Shown here: piece after piece, positions 1 to 8,469 of the stretch | Layout: the number at the start of each line of letters is the position of its first letter | How positions within the stretch are numbered: the first letter of the stretch is position 1 | Virus record (IMG/VR): IMGVR_UViG_3300036760_000522 | Location: 237,551 to 301,550 of that record | Strand: one strand, 5' to 3' | DNA: 64,000 bases | Translations under genes and position numbers: made by a program | Notes under the pieces: model-generated | Databases searched by the model: none | Seen by the model: only the letters and a program-made list of their open reading frames with translations | Told to the model about the DNA's origin: nothing

Positions 1-1143
1 ACTTTTTTTCTCCTCAGTGCCGGTGGTAGCAGCAGCCTTGGACGGTATCAGCAATGCACGAAGCTCCACCAAATGGCTCTTGGACTTGTCAAATAGAGAC
101 AAAAAACTACGAATGTTGATGTTAGAAGCAAACGTGGGTTTCTCTGCCTGCCGGACAGGATCTGTCTCGACGGGCATGCTCGTCACAACATCCGAATCCA
201 AACTGCAACGAAACAGCAGCTTTGAATCTTCGTACGTGACTCGCACCTTGTCTTGTGGACGGTCCCCGAACTCTGCAATCATCTGCCGCAGCACTCGAAC
301 AATCTGGTCCCGAGGCACACGCAGAATGAACTTGGCGTATTCGTCCGGCGGATAGCCGTAGCGACTATGCTCTTGAACGTGCCTCGTCCAACCAAACACT
401 GACTTGATCTCGGACGAGCCGGGGACCTGGTCTTTCGCGAAACACATCCGCTCTTCAACCTGAACACGGACTGTCGGAGAACACTTGGACAAGTAACTGA
501 TCAACATAGGGACATGGTGCGCATGGATGCCAAACCCTTTGTCCTTCAGTGACGGACTGTGAAAATGACAAACACGTTGTCCGTCCGCTGCAAAAAAAGT
601 GCCGTTACCAGATGCGTACTCTGCACGAGCACTGTCGAACAACTGTGCAACACGCAACGGATTCGACTCATCGGTGCCGTCAGGTGCCAAGTAGTCCGCC
701 ACCTGTGACAAGGCTTCCCGCAAGAGTACTGTCGAGAACACGTAATCCGTATCCTGTGCGCTTCTCTTGATACTCGTAAATGCAGATTTATAGAAATCTG
801 GATCATGTGACGATCTATCAGCGGTGACGCCCTCCTCGGTACGATACTTCACCCAATGGCGGTCTCCGTCCTTGCCAGGCTCAATCTCAATCCAACCGTT
901 CAAATGCTTCAAAGCTTCGACACGATCAGCCGGCCACGAAAACATCATGGCGCCTTCACCATCAACCATTTCGCACGGTATGGACACTCGAGAGTAGTGA
1001 AAGCGGTCCTGAGAATGCACCAACATCTGGTCATCCTGTGTAGTAAACAGGTAGGCTTTCTCGTGGTCCACACTCAAAGGCTTGACTACCGAGACACGGT
1101 TCAAAGCCTCATTCAGATCCTTCAGCTGTACCCTGACCTTCAT
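1..1143 (-). CDS. dnaN: DNA polymerase III beta sliding clamp-like protein; runs off the left edge, absent from the ORF track
   Basis: Hand translation from ATG at 1143 is open to position 1 (381 codons). It begins MKVRVQLKDLNEALNRVSVVKP and contains LLREALSQV, FFAADGQRVCHF (cf. DnaN ATDGHRL) and NINIRSFLSLF (cf. FNxxYxxD). Size and replication-module context fit. Confidence 0.62.
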   Translation of the reverse strand, partial: MKVRVQLKDLNEALNRVSVVKPLSVDHEKAYLFTTQDDQMLVHSQDRFHYSRVSIPCEMVDGEGAMMFSWPADRVEALKHLNGWIEIEPGKDGDRHWVKYRTEEGVTADRSSHDPDFYKSAFTSIKRSAQDTDYVFSTVLLREALSQVADYLAPDGTDESNPLRVAQLFDSARAEYASGNGTFFAADGQRVCHFHSPSLKDKGFGIHAHHVPMLISYLSKCSPTVRVQVEERMCFAKDQVPGSSEIKSVFGWTRHVQEHSRYGYPPDEYAKFILRVPRDQIVRVLRQMIAEFGDRPQDKVRVTYEDSKLLFRCSLDSDVVTSMPVETDPVRQAEKPTFASNINIRSFLSLFDKSKSHLVELRALLIPSKAAATTGTEEKKS

Positions 1144-1448
1144 TTCATTTCTCCTTCAAACGCAGCTAGCGCCTTCTCTACTTCTTGTAGTTTGCCTTCA
1201 AAGTCTTTCAATCGCTCCTCGAGATCCGCTTGTAGCTTCTCCCGTGTCTCCTTCAGGGTCTTCGGGTTGTACCCCGCCTTCTCGATTTCCTGAGTCAGAG
1301 CAATCAGCTCCTGTTTCTTGGCGGCTAAGAGTCCACCCAAGGTGCTCCGCTTCTCCGAAGCAGCAGCATAACGTTTACTCAGCTCATCGACCTTGGCTTG
1401 AATCAGTTCTGGCGTCATATTTTTTCTTACACCCAAACGAGTAGTCAC
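1140..1448 (-). CDS. Small coiled-coil hypothetical protein (start possibly at MTPEL)
   Basis: Heptad-like E/K/L-rich sequence; its stop overlaps the ATG of the clamp gene. Confidence 0.6.
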   Translation of the reverse strand: MTTRLGVRKNMTPELIQAKVDELSKRYAAASEKRSTLGGLLAAKKQELIALTQEIEKAGYNPKTLKETREKLQADLEERLKDFEGKLQEVEKALAAFEGEMK

Positions 1449-2286
1449 AAAACTGGCACTGCTGACGCGTCGGCTTAGGCACGAAGACCTGATCAGGGTC
1501 CTCTCCGTCGGCTAGATGGCGTAACAGTCCACGAATCTCTACAACAACACCAAGAGTGGCCTCGTAGAGGTCGTCTAGATCATTTTTTACAGGCTCGTAC
1601 CAATCAACGCTTTCTGGTGGCCAATATCTCCAGAAAACAAAACCCACACGATCTGGCACGTAACCATAGCGACGCTCACAGAGCATTGCGTACCAAGCTA
1701 GCTGTTTGGGGTCTTCGTACTTCTCACGCCAGCGAGACCCCTTACCATCCAAGATCACACGATCGTTGTTGGGCCGGGTCCTGTGCATCATGAAGTCAGA
1801 CCGTCCTGCAAGAGTTGCGGCCGGGAGACGCAAATCCAACTTGTGCTCAACGCGAACTTTTTTGCCGAGTAACCTGTAGTGTCGAATTATCTGGAGACCA
1901 CGAGCGACTGTGGCCCGCACATCCGACATAAGTTCATTCAGGTCAACGTAGAGCGCTTTGGGATGCTCAGCGTCCCGCCAACCTAAGTACGCCTTAGGAC
2001 TCCCGTCCTTGTCCTGTGTGCGATAACGTATCGTGCGCGTCACGGTCTCGTCGACACGTGCCAATAGCCAAGCTGTGGCGTCAGCGTCCCGCCAACCCTC
2101 ATCGACATAAAATCTGCCGAACAGGTTCCCCACGGCGTCCCCATAAAGGGTCGCAAGTGTATCTGGCAACCCGGGCAAAATCGTACCGTTCACGTAACGA
2201 TGCCAATAAGCGTAGGGACAGTTCCCGTACAGCCTTCGACCGGAATACGAGATGTACCCGTCCCAAAGACCGTCAACTCTGATCAT
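1384..2286 (-). CDS. Cas4/AddB-like PD-(D/E)XK exonuclease with Fe-S staple
   Basis: N-terminal SYS..CPY, GRSDF..ILDGKG, QLAWYA and C-terminal C-x2-C-x5-C (CQFCDYSFGC). Confidence 0.8.
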   Translation of the reverse strand: MIRVDGLWDGYISYSGRRLYGNCPYAYWHRYVNGTILPGLPDTLATLYGDAVGNLFGRFYVDEGWRDADATAWLLARVDETVTRTIRYRTQDKDGSPKAYLGWRDAEHPKALYVDLNELMSDVRATVARGLQIIRHYRLLGKKVRVEHKLDLRLPAATLAGRSDFMMHRTRPNNDRVILDGKGSRWREKYEDPKQLAWYAMLCERRYGYVPDRVGFVFWRYWPPESVDWYEPVKNDLDDLYEATLGVVVEIRGLLRHLADGEDPDQVFVPKPTRQQCQFCDYSFGCKKKYDARTDSSQGR

Positions 2287-3254
2287 GAAGCAATGCGAGC
2301 CCGTTCCAGATAGGCCAACGCACGTACCCGTACCTCTGGTGCAAAATCTAGCTTCTCGACACTCGTCACGAAGTCATCATCCGCGGATGTTTCAAGCTCC
2401 GTCTCAAGCTGTTTCACAAACTGATTGATCACAACAACCTGTTGGTCTTCTCTGGTCTTCCGATCGAAGTCAAAGACTTCTTCAGGCGGAGCCACAGTAA
2501 GAGGAATGTCCTCCACCTCAATGCCGTCCTGTGTGATCGTCAGGACAGCTACCTTCGGCACGCGATTGATGTTCTCGTGCGTCAATGCTCCTCGAGACAC
2601 AGCGCCTTGATTGACGAAGATTCGACCATTCAAACTTACAATGCCTTGATCCCGATGCCAATGACCGAAACAAAATACATCCGGACCGCCTTCGTAGATG
2701 AGAGTCTGATACCGGAAGACTGGCTCGCCAAAGAACTCCTCGACGTGTGCCGGCGGATTCTCGCCGGCCAACGCGTGGACCACCGCAATCAAATGTGTGT
2801 CCCCCGGTTGCTTTCGTATTGCCTGGATCTCTTCCACCGTCCGATGAGCACTATACGGAACGCCCACTACACGCACTCTCAAACCACCGTCCTCGAAGAC
2901 GACGTCACGGAGATGGCGAAAACAGGTCTGATACAAGACACCCAACGGTTGCTGAGATATCGTATCCAAATTATCCCCGACGACATCGTGGTTACCCTCA
3001 ACGCACCAGACAGGGCACGGGTAGTTCGCGTGTAGCTCCAACACCTTCACAACAAGTGCGTGAGATGTCCTGGACGCGGTCTTAACGTGAATAAAGTCTC
3101 CGCCATCCAAAACAGCCACAGCGCGACGTGCCTTAGCAATCTCTCCGATTTGTGTGAGGCTAGACAGAATCTCGGCCAGATAGTCCCCCTTCCAACTAGG
3201 AGGTGAGCGGTCAGCGGCGTGTACGTCAGTACGGTAAACAAAAACCAGACTCAT
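2283..3254 (-). CDS. sbcD: SbcD/Mre11-like metallophosphoesterase nuclease
   Basis: Motifs TDVH, GGDFIH, GNHD and GHWH; adjacent to the SbcC-like gene. Confidence 0.85.
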   Translation of the reverse strand: MSLVFVYRTDVHAADRSPPSWKGDYLAEILSSLTQIGEIAKARRAVAVLDGGDFIHVKTASRTSHALVVKVLELHANYPCPVWCVEGNHDVVGDNLDTISQQPLGVLYQTCFRHLRDVVFEDGGLRVRVVGVPYSAHRTVEEIQAIRKQPGDTHLIAVVHALAGENPPAHVEEFFGEPVFRYQTLIYEGGPDVFCFGHWHRDQGIVSLNGRIFVNQGAVSRGALTHENINRVPKVAVLTITQDGIEVEDIPLTVAPPEEVFDFDRKTREDQQVVVINQFVKQLETELETSADDDFVTSVEKLDFAPEVRVRALAYLERARIAS

Positions 3255-4606
3255 GCGACCTCGCTATGGACGTGCACGACCGTAATGATTTGTCCGCACG
3301 TCGGACAAACTCCGAGTTCCTTCATCTCCTGATCAAGCCGACGAAACTCCGACTCGTGGTTAGACAGGTCTTGTGACAGTTTATGGATCGTTCCAGTAAA
3401 CTCGGTAAACTTGATCAACATGCGACCAATAGCTTGCAATTGTCTGGCTTCAGCTACCAAAGCCGACGGTTCCGGAGGAATGGCCAGATTCGATGTGGAC
3501 AACAATCGGCGATAAGTCTGTGCACGCAGACTCAACGTTTCCAAGAACCTGCCAACTTGGGTCAATTCTCGCGCCTGCTGTTGAACACCGTCGTAAACCG
3601 GCAAATCACACGTAGCTGGACCCTCGGCCGCAGCAACTGTCGACGTCAGAGTCCTATGAAGAGCTTCGAAAACCACCACGAGACGCAAACACCTTGAAGC
3701 TTCTCGTATAGTGTCTGGAACCTCGATGCGAGGAGACAGTGCGCGTTCAACGTTGCCAACGAAACTGTTCAAGCGCTCTGAGCTAACCGAGTAACCGTGG
3801 ACCTGTCGAACCGCCTGATCAAGATCTCGAACCTGATAGTAATGAGGGACCTTGGGTCTCAAAGCTTTCGTGATCGCTTCGTACCAACGCTTCAAAATCA
3901 AGGCGCGGTCCAGAAACGAAACTACGACCCCGACACGTTCACGTGCAGTATTTACTGCCTGCTGCTGTTCTCGCACAGCTTCAACAGGTACTTGATCGAG
4001 GCCTACATAGCGTGTGAGTCTTCCGTTGTAGTCCGCAAGATCCTCGCATCGGACACGTCGTTCTGAAACTGCCGACTTGCGATCCTTAGAAACCAAAGAT
4101 GACGCCGAGTTGATTCCGTCCAAACGAGCCACGTCACTCAAGACATCCGCGACCACAGGTCCAGACTGGTCCAGTAAGAAGACAGGCTCGAACTGTTTGG
4201 CAATCTGGATCAGCTCCTTGCTGGTCCCGATACGAACGGTGCGAAAGTCTGGCAACAGAAAGTCAGGTGTTCCGCGCTCCAAGCCCTCATACACATCCGT
4301 CCGACCGTTCCGCGTCACCGTATAGCGGTTCTCTGAATCTCCCTTGGCCCAAACCACTTCGATCTGAGAGGTCTTGACTCGAACCGACGCAAAGCAGCGG
4401 CACTTCTTGGCTCCACGTAGGCGACGTTCACACGTCAGGCCATGTCTGACGAAGGAGGTCCCCACCGCGCCTGTCAACGCGTATCGTAAGGCCCGAGCAA
4501 TCGCACTCTTGCCGGTGTTGCTGCGACCAACGATCGAAACGAATCCTTGTACCACCAAACGGACATGTGTGATGGACTGGAAGTTGTTGACCTCGACTTC
4601 GATCAA
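3251..4606 (-). CDS. sbcC: SbcC/Rad50-like protein, N-terminal half only (Walker A, coiled coil, zinc hook)
   Basis: NFQS, GRSNTGKS Walker A, long helical region, and a stop 12 aa after CPTCGQ. No signature motif or Walker B. Confidence 0.78.
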   Translation of the reverse strand: MIEVEVNNFQSITHVRLVVQGFVSIVGRSNTGKSAIARALRYALTGAVGTSFVRHGLTCERRLRGAKKCRCFASVRVKTSQIEVVWAKGDSENRYTVTRNGRTDVYEGLERGTPDFLLPDFRTVRIGTSKELIQIAKQFEPVFLLDQSGPVVADVLSDVARLDGINSASSLVSKDRKSAVSERRVRCEDLADYNGRLTRYVGLDQVPVEAVREQQQAVNTARERVGVVVSFLDRALILKRWYEAITKALRPKVPHYYQVRDLDQAVRQVHGYSVSSERLNSFVGNVERALSPRIEVPDTIREASRCLRLVVVFEALHRTLTSTVAAAEGPATCDLPVYDGVQQQARELTQVGRFLETLSLRAQTYRRLLSTSNLAIPPEPSALVAEARQLQAIGRMLIKFTEFTGTIHKLSQDLSNHESEFRRLDQEMKELGVCPTCGQIITVVHVHSEVA

Positions 4607-6063
4607 GTTTCCTCTAGAGGCGCTAACAGATCATCCTCGTCAACTGCGTCCGCAACCTCTTCAACTTCCACCTCCACATCTGACCCATCGTCCCCATCTG
4701 CATCCATGCCAAGGCTCGACAAGAGGGCGTCATCCTCGCTCACAACAGTGTCTTCCGGTTCAGGCACTAACATGTTGTCACTGTCGTCACGAATCGCTGT
4801 AAGAACCAGAGTTTTCAGTTTCTCGAAAGATGCAGAATTCTGAATCAGGTATTCTCGCAACTGCTCGCGTCCCCTGAAAGTATGGTCGGCGTACACGTAA
4901 GAAGATCCCGCCTTCTTGACAAGGCGATTGACCACCGCGGCTTCAATCAAACTGTAGTGGTCGTCGTAACCATGGTTGAATCGAATGAAGACTCCTGCGA
5001 CGCGCCCCTCCATAGCGTCTAGCTTCGACTTAACCACACGCACCCGTGTGTGGTTTCCGTACGGATAGTACACGTCCTTGCCAGTCACCTTGTCTCGGCG
5101 TTTGATACGCTCTGATTTCGTGCGGTTAAAACTCAAGCGCAAATAGGCGTAGAACTTCAACGCTTTCCCGCCAGCTGTGTTGGTATCCATCTGCGGGGCC
5201 CCGTAGCTACCGCCCCCAATCAACGATCTGGTTTGGTTTACCAGGATGAGTGCCATGCCCGTTGGAGACAACTTAGTGCTGCCCAACAACGCCGCAAGTT
5301 TTGGTAACGTATCTGAAAGTCCTCTCGCGCGAGCACCGATGGTAGCGTGTTCGTCGAGTCCCTTCTCGAGTTCGGACCTCGGAACCATGGCTGCAACAGA
5401 GTCAATCACGGCCAAATCACAACCCTGACGCATGGCCATTGCCAACAACTTCCAGCTCTCTTCCATCGAAGTCGGTTCGTAGTGCAGGAGTCGCTCCTCG
5501 AGATTGACGCCTATTTTTCGAGCATACCTGGGATTGAGAGCATGCTCGTGATCCAGATACAGGCACCAACCCCCCTGTCGTTGACACGCAGCAATAGCTT
5601 CGAGGGCAGCGGTTGTCTTACCGCTCGCCTCAGGCCCAAAGATCTCAGTGATCTTGCGTCGCGGATACCCGAGACAAATGGGCTTTCCGTTTTCCGCTAG
5701 CGTGCCGCCAATCAAGTGATCCAGAAGAAATGAACCAGAAGAAACAGAAGCGTAATTGTCACTGTGTTTGACTACTGCCTTAACCCCTGTTCGACGTTGT
5801 ATTTCAGTGCGTGCAGCAGCAACCTGCTTCGCGGATTCCGCAGCACGCTTACGTTGATCCGTCAATACCACCTGATCGGACAACGGTGAACGTGTGTTTT
5901 TGGGCTTAGCAGGCACAGGTTTCTTGTCGACTACCTCCTGCACTGCGGCTTTCACAGGTTTCTTCGCAGCATTTACTGATTCCAATTTCACTTCCTTATG
6001 GGGAACGGTCTCAACAGGGACCGACGAACTCCTCACAGAGCTGAACAACTTCCTAGCAGCCAT
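4603..6063 (-). CDS. recA: RecA recombinase with basic N-terminal extension and acidic tail
   Basis: GYPRRKITEIFGPEASGKTT, LDHEHALNP, VIDSVAAMVP, ILVNQTR, GGKALKFYA, RVVKSK. Confidence 0.95.
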   Translation of the reverse strand: MAARKLFSSVRSSSVPVETVPHKEVKLESVNAAKKPVKAAVQEVVDKKPVPAKPKNTRSPLSDQVVLTDQRKRAAESAKQVAAARTEIQRRTGVKAVVKHSDNYASVSSGSFLLDHLIGGTLAENGKPICLGYPRRKITEIFGPEASGKTTAALEAIAACQRQGGWCLYLDHEHALNPRYARKIGVNLEERLLHYEPTSMEESWKLLAMAMRQGCDLAVIDSVAAMVPRSELEKGLDEHATIGARARGLSDTLPKLAALLGSTKLSPTGMALILVNQTRSLIGGGSYGAPQMDTNTAGGKALKFYAYLRLSFNRTKSERIKRRDKVTGKDVYYPYGNHTRVRVVKSKLDAMEGRVAGVFIRFNHGYDDHYSLIEAAVVNRLVKKAGSSYVYADHTFRGREQLREYLIQNSASFEKLKTLVLTAIRDDSDNMLVPEPEDTVVSEDDALLSSLGMDADGDDGSDVEVEVEEVADAVDEDDLLAPLEET

Positions 6064-6722
6064 TGCTTGAGACCCTCTTCATTTGGATCGACTGGAACCT
6101 TGGAGAACCTGAAAAAGCGCTGTCCCTCCTTAGACACCAAACCTCGATGATGGGGCCGCAGATCCTGCTCTTGAGGGCCCATACGAAAAAACGAACTCTT
6201 CTCAGACGGCGTCAGGTCCGCCACCTCCAAAGAGCCGTCGAGAACAGACCAAAACCAAGCCGCGGAACGCGCTATCAAATAGGCATCAGCTTCATCATGA
6301 GTCCAGCGTCGTACACCTGTATCGGCCTTCGCGGCTTCTTTCATGTCCTGTTTATCCATCTTGCCGCGTCGCACGGAAGGATCCAACTTGGCTAGCATCT
6401 TGACTGTCGAAGGATCGAAAAAAACAACATCTCGGCGGCACAAATAAACAGCTTCGTTGACGTACACGAACAATGCGTAGAGGCCCGGACTCCAGGACTC
6501 ACCAAAAGGCGGGGACTCGACACCGACAGCTTCGATCTCCGGGTGATCGCAAATCAACTTGACCAACAAAGATCGAAGCTGAAGGTACCGAACAAGGAAC
6601 ACTTCTCGTGCCGAAGTACGAAAGACTCCCTTGGCACGTACACGATCTGCACCCAACATCCTCGAATCGTGTACGCACCAACCGAAGCCGGTCAACGACG
6701 GATCAACACCTAGTGTGATCAA
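6033..6722 (-). CDS. ruvC: RuvC-like Holliday junction resolvase
   Basis: LGVDPSLTGFGW, VGVESPP and DEADAYLIA supply the acidic catalytic set. Confidence 0.75.
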   Translation of the reverse strand: MITLGVDPSLTGFGWCVHDSRMLGADRVRAKGVFRTSAREVFLVRYLQLRSLLVKLICDHPEIEAVGVESPPFGESWSPGLYALFVYVNEAVYLCRRDVVFFDPSTVKMLAKLDPSVRRGKMDKQDMKEAAKADTGVRRWTHDEADAYLIARSAAWFWSVLDGSLEVADLTPSEKSSFFRMGPQEQDLRPHHRGLVSKEGQRFFRFSKVPVDPNEEGLKQWLLGSCSAL

Positions 6723-7603
6723 ACGTTGTCAATCAAATCTGAGAAGTCATCAGACCCCGTGTCAGCAGCTACAGAAGAAGAGGCGTCGAGCCCCAACTTT
6801 TCGCTCAACTCCAGAGTCGTCATTGTACGGAACGGTATCAGTTTCTTCCCGTAGAACGCGTAGGCCTTCTCCAAAATCTCGTAATGCAAGTCCGGCCAAC
6901 GAAGTTTTCCGCTCTCGTCACGAGCTGTCCAAAAGGCCTTACCGGCAGGATCCACGTTGAAGTTCTGGTACCCACTATTTGTGCACACCAACATCAGATC
7001 TTGTGTGGCTAACGACAGGTCATTCTCCTTCAATGACTTTTGCAGCTCATTGAGCCGTTGATACACCGCGGAGCTAGGCCGCCATGGGACAACATACCAA
7101 TCCTTCTGCACGCGTTCCTTCATGAGATTGCCTTGTCGATCCGTCGGATAGACCACCAAGACTGTCGTGAAGTAGACCTTCGAGTCTCCCATCTTCTCCC
7201 AAATTTTGTCGGCTTCCGGGCCCTCTTTGCCCGTACGCATAGCGTACCCGACGCCTTCCTTGTAGTACGCTGTGGTCGGCACGAATCTAACCTGAGAAGT
7301 GTCCAGCACCTCATGGGGCTGCAACTGCCCGACTGGCTTGTTGCGTTCCTCAGCGCGTCGTGTGAGTGCCTTAACAATTCCAGTCTTCAGCTCAGCATCG
7401 GTGATATCCGGCTTTTTCAGCTTCAATGCACGCGTCACCGCTACCTTGAGCGGGCTGAAGTACAGCAAAGCCACGCGGTAGCGGTGATCTTTTTCGCCCT
7501 TGAACCATGAAGACCGTGTTGTGTACTTGGACACCTCGTCATCGGACAAGCCAATATCTGCGTCACCAACATCCGGAACTTCTACCTCAAATTCTTCTGA
7601 CAT
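6719..7603 (-). CDS. Probable ssDNA-binding protein
   Basis: Aromatic-rich core, acidic C-terminus (DTGSDDFSDLIDNV) and position next to recA/ruvC. Inferred; no decisive motif. Confidence 0.5.
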   Translation of the reverse strand: MSEEFEVEVPDVGDADIGLSDDEVSKYTTRSSWFKGEKDHRYRVALLYFSPLKVAVTRALKLKKPDITDAELKTGIVKALTRRAEERNKPVGQLQPHEVLDTSQVRFVPTTAYYKEGVGYAMRTGKEGPEADKIWEKMGDSKVYFTTVLVVYPTDRQGNLMKERVQKDWYVVPWRPSSAVYQRLNELQKSLKENDLSLATQDLMLVCTNSGYQNFNVDPAGKAFWTARDESGKLRWPDLHYEILEKAYAFYGKKLIPFRTMTTLELSEKLGLDASSSVAADTGSDDFSDLIDNV

Positions 7604-7689
7604 TTTTCACTCCTAGAGGGGTTTAGTGGGGAGCGGAGAACTGACAAGGGGTTTGTTTCAAGGACAGTCTCCACCACCCCGATCCTCTA

Positions 7690-8469
7690 CTACACCAAGT
7701 CATCCAAAAACTTTTGCATGGCAATTTCGTCAGGATCAGTAGGCGCGTCCTCCGCCTCTTTAAGTTCAGACGCCGCAAACAAGTCGTCGAACGCCTCTTC
7801 TGCGGTTTGCGGTTTTTCAATTTCAGGTGTCGCTTCTTCCGTTTCAACCTCTCCGTCACCTTCATTTTGTGGCGGAGAGGTTGAAACAGGACCACCTTCC
7901 AGCCAATTCAAGAGACTCTCGTCGTCATCTGGCATAGTCTTCGACGATCTAGTATCCTTTCGCGGCTCCTCCCCCTCGTCACCGTAAAACGCTCCTGTTT
8001 TGAGCGAAGAAACTATCAAGCTGCGTTGCATCCGAATAGACGACACTGTGCTTTCTAGTTCCTGATGCCGATGTCGGATCACCCGATTAACAAGTTTGAG
8101 TTCCTTGATCGCGAGACTGCATATCGAGATCTTGGAACGATCCTCTTTCAAAATGTGGTTGATCATGGCTACCCGATCTCGGAGATTGGGCAGCATGGTT
8201 ACACGCCTATCAGTCGACAGAAGATCGTCGCTTGAGACTTGGTACGCAGCCTCGTACGCAGCCAGGTCCATCTCGAGTTGGTGGAGTTCCCGGTAGACTT
8301 CGGACGAAAAGAGGCTCACACGGTTCAGGAAACCGCGCGTTTTGAAAATCAGGTCCTGTAAATACGGAGGACCGAGGGACGCTGGATCAGAAACCAGATC
8401 GACCGTCAGTGTCGCAAGCTCTTTGTAGATCTGCTCAATTCGCTCGGGGCTCACCGGTGGATACAACAC
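7690..8469 (-). CDS. Hypothetical helical protein with acidic tail (possible recombination accessory)
   Basis: 259-aa ORF co-oriented within the recombination operon. Confidence 0.55.
   Translation of the reverse strand: MLYPPVSPERIEQIYKELATLTVDLVSDPASLGPPYLQDLIFKTRGFLNRVSLFSSEVYRELHQLEMDLAAYEAAYQVSSDDLLSTDRRVTMLPNLRDRVAMINHILKEDRSKISICSLAIKELKLVNRVIRHRHQELESTVSSIRMQRSLIVSSLKTGAFYGDEGEEPRKDTRSSKTMPDDDESLLNWLEGGPVSTSPPQNEGDGEVETEEATPEIEKPQTAEEAFDDLFAASELKEAEDAPTDPDEIAMQKFLDDLV

Noticed and set aside
17-1293. Plus-strand ORFs 17-355, 549-770 and 856-1293, and similar antisense ORFs such as 47147-47857
   Set aside because: They are shadows of better-supported genes on the opposite strand.
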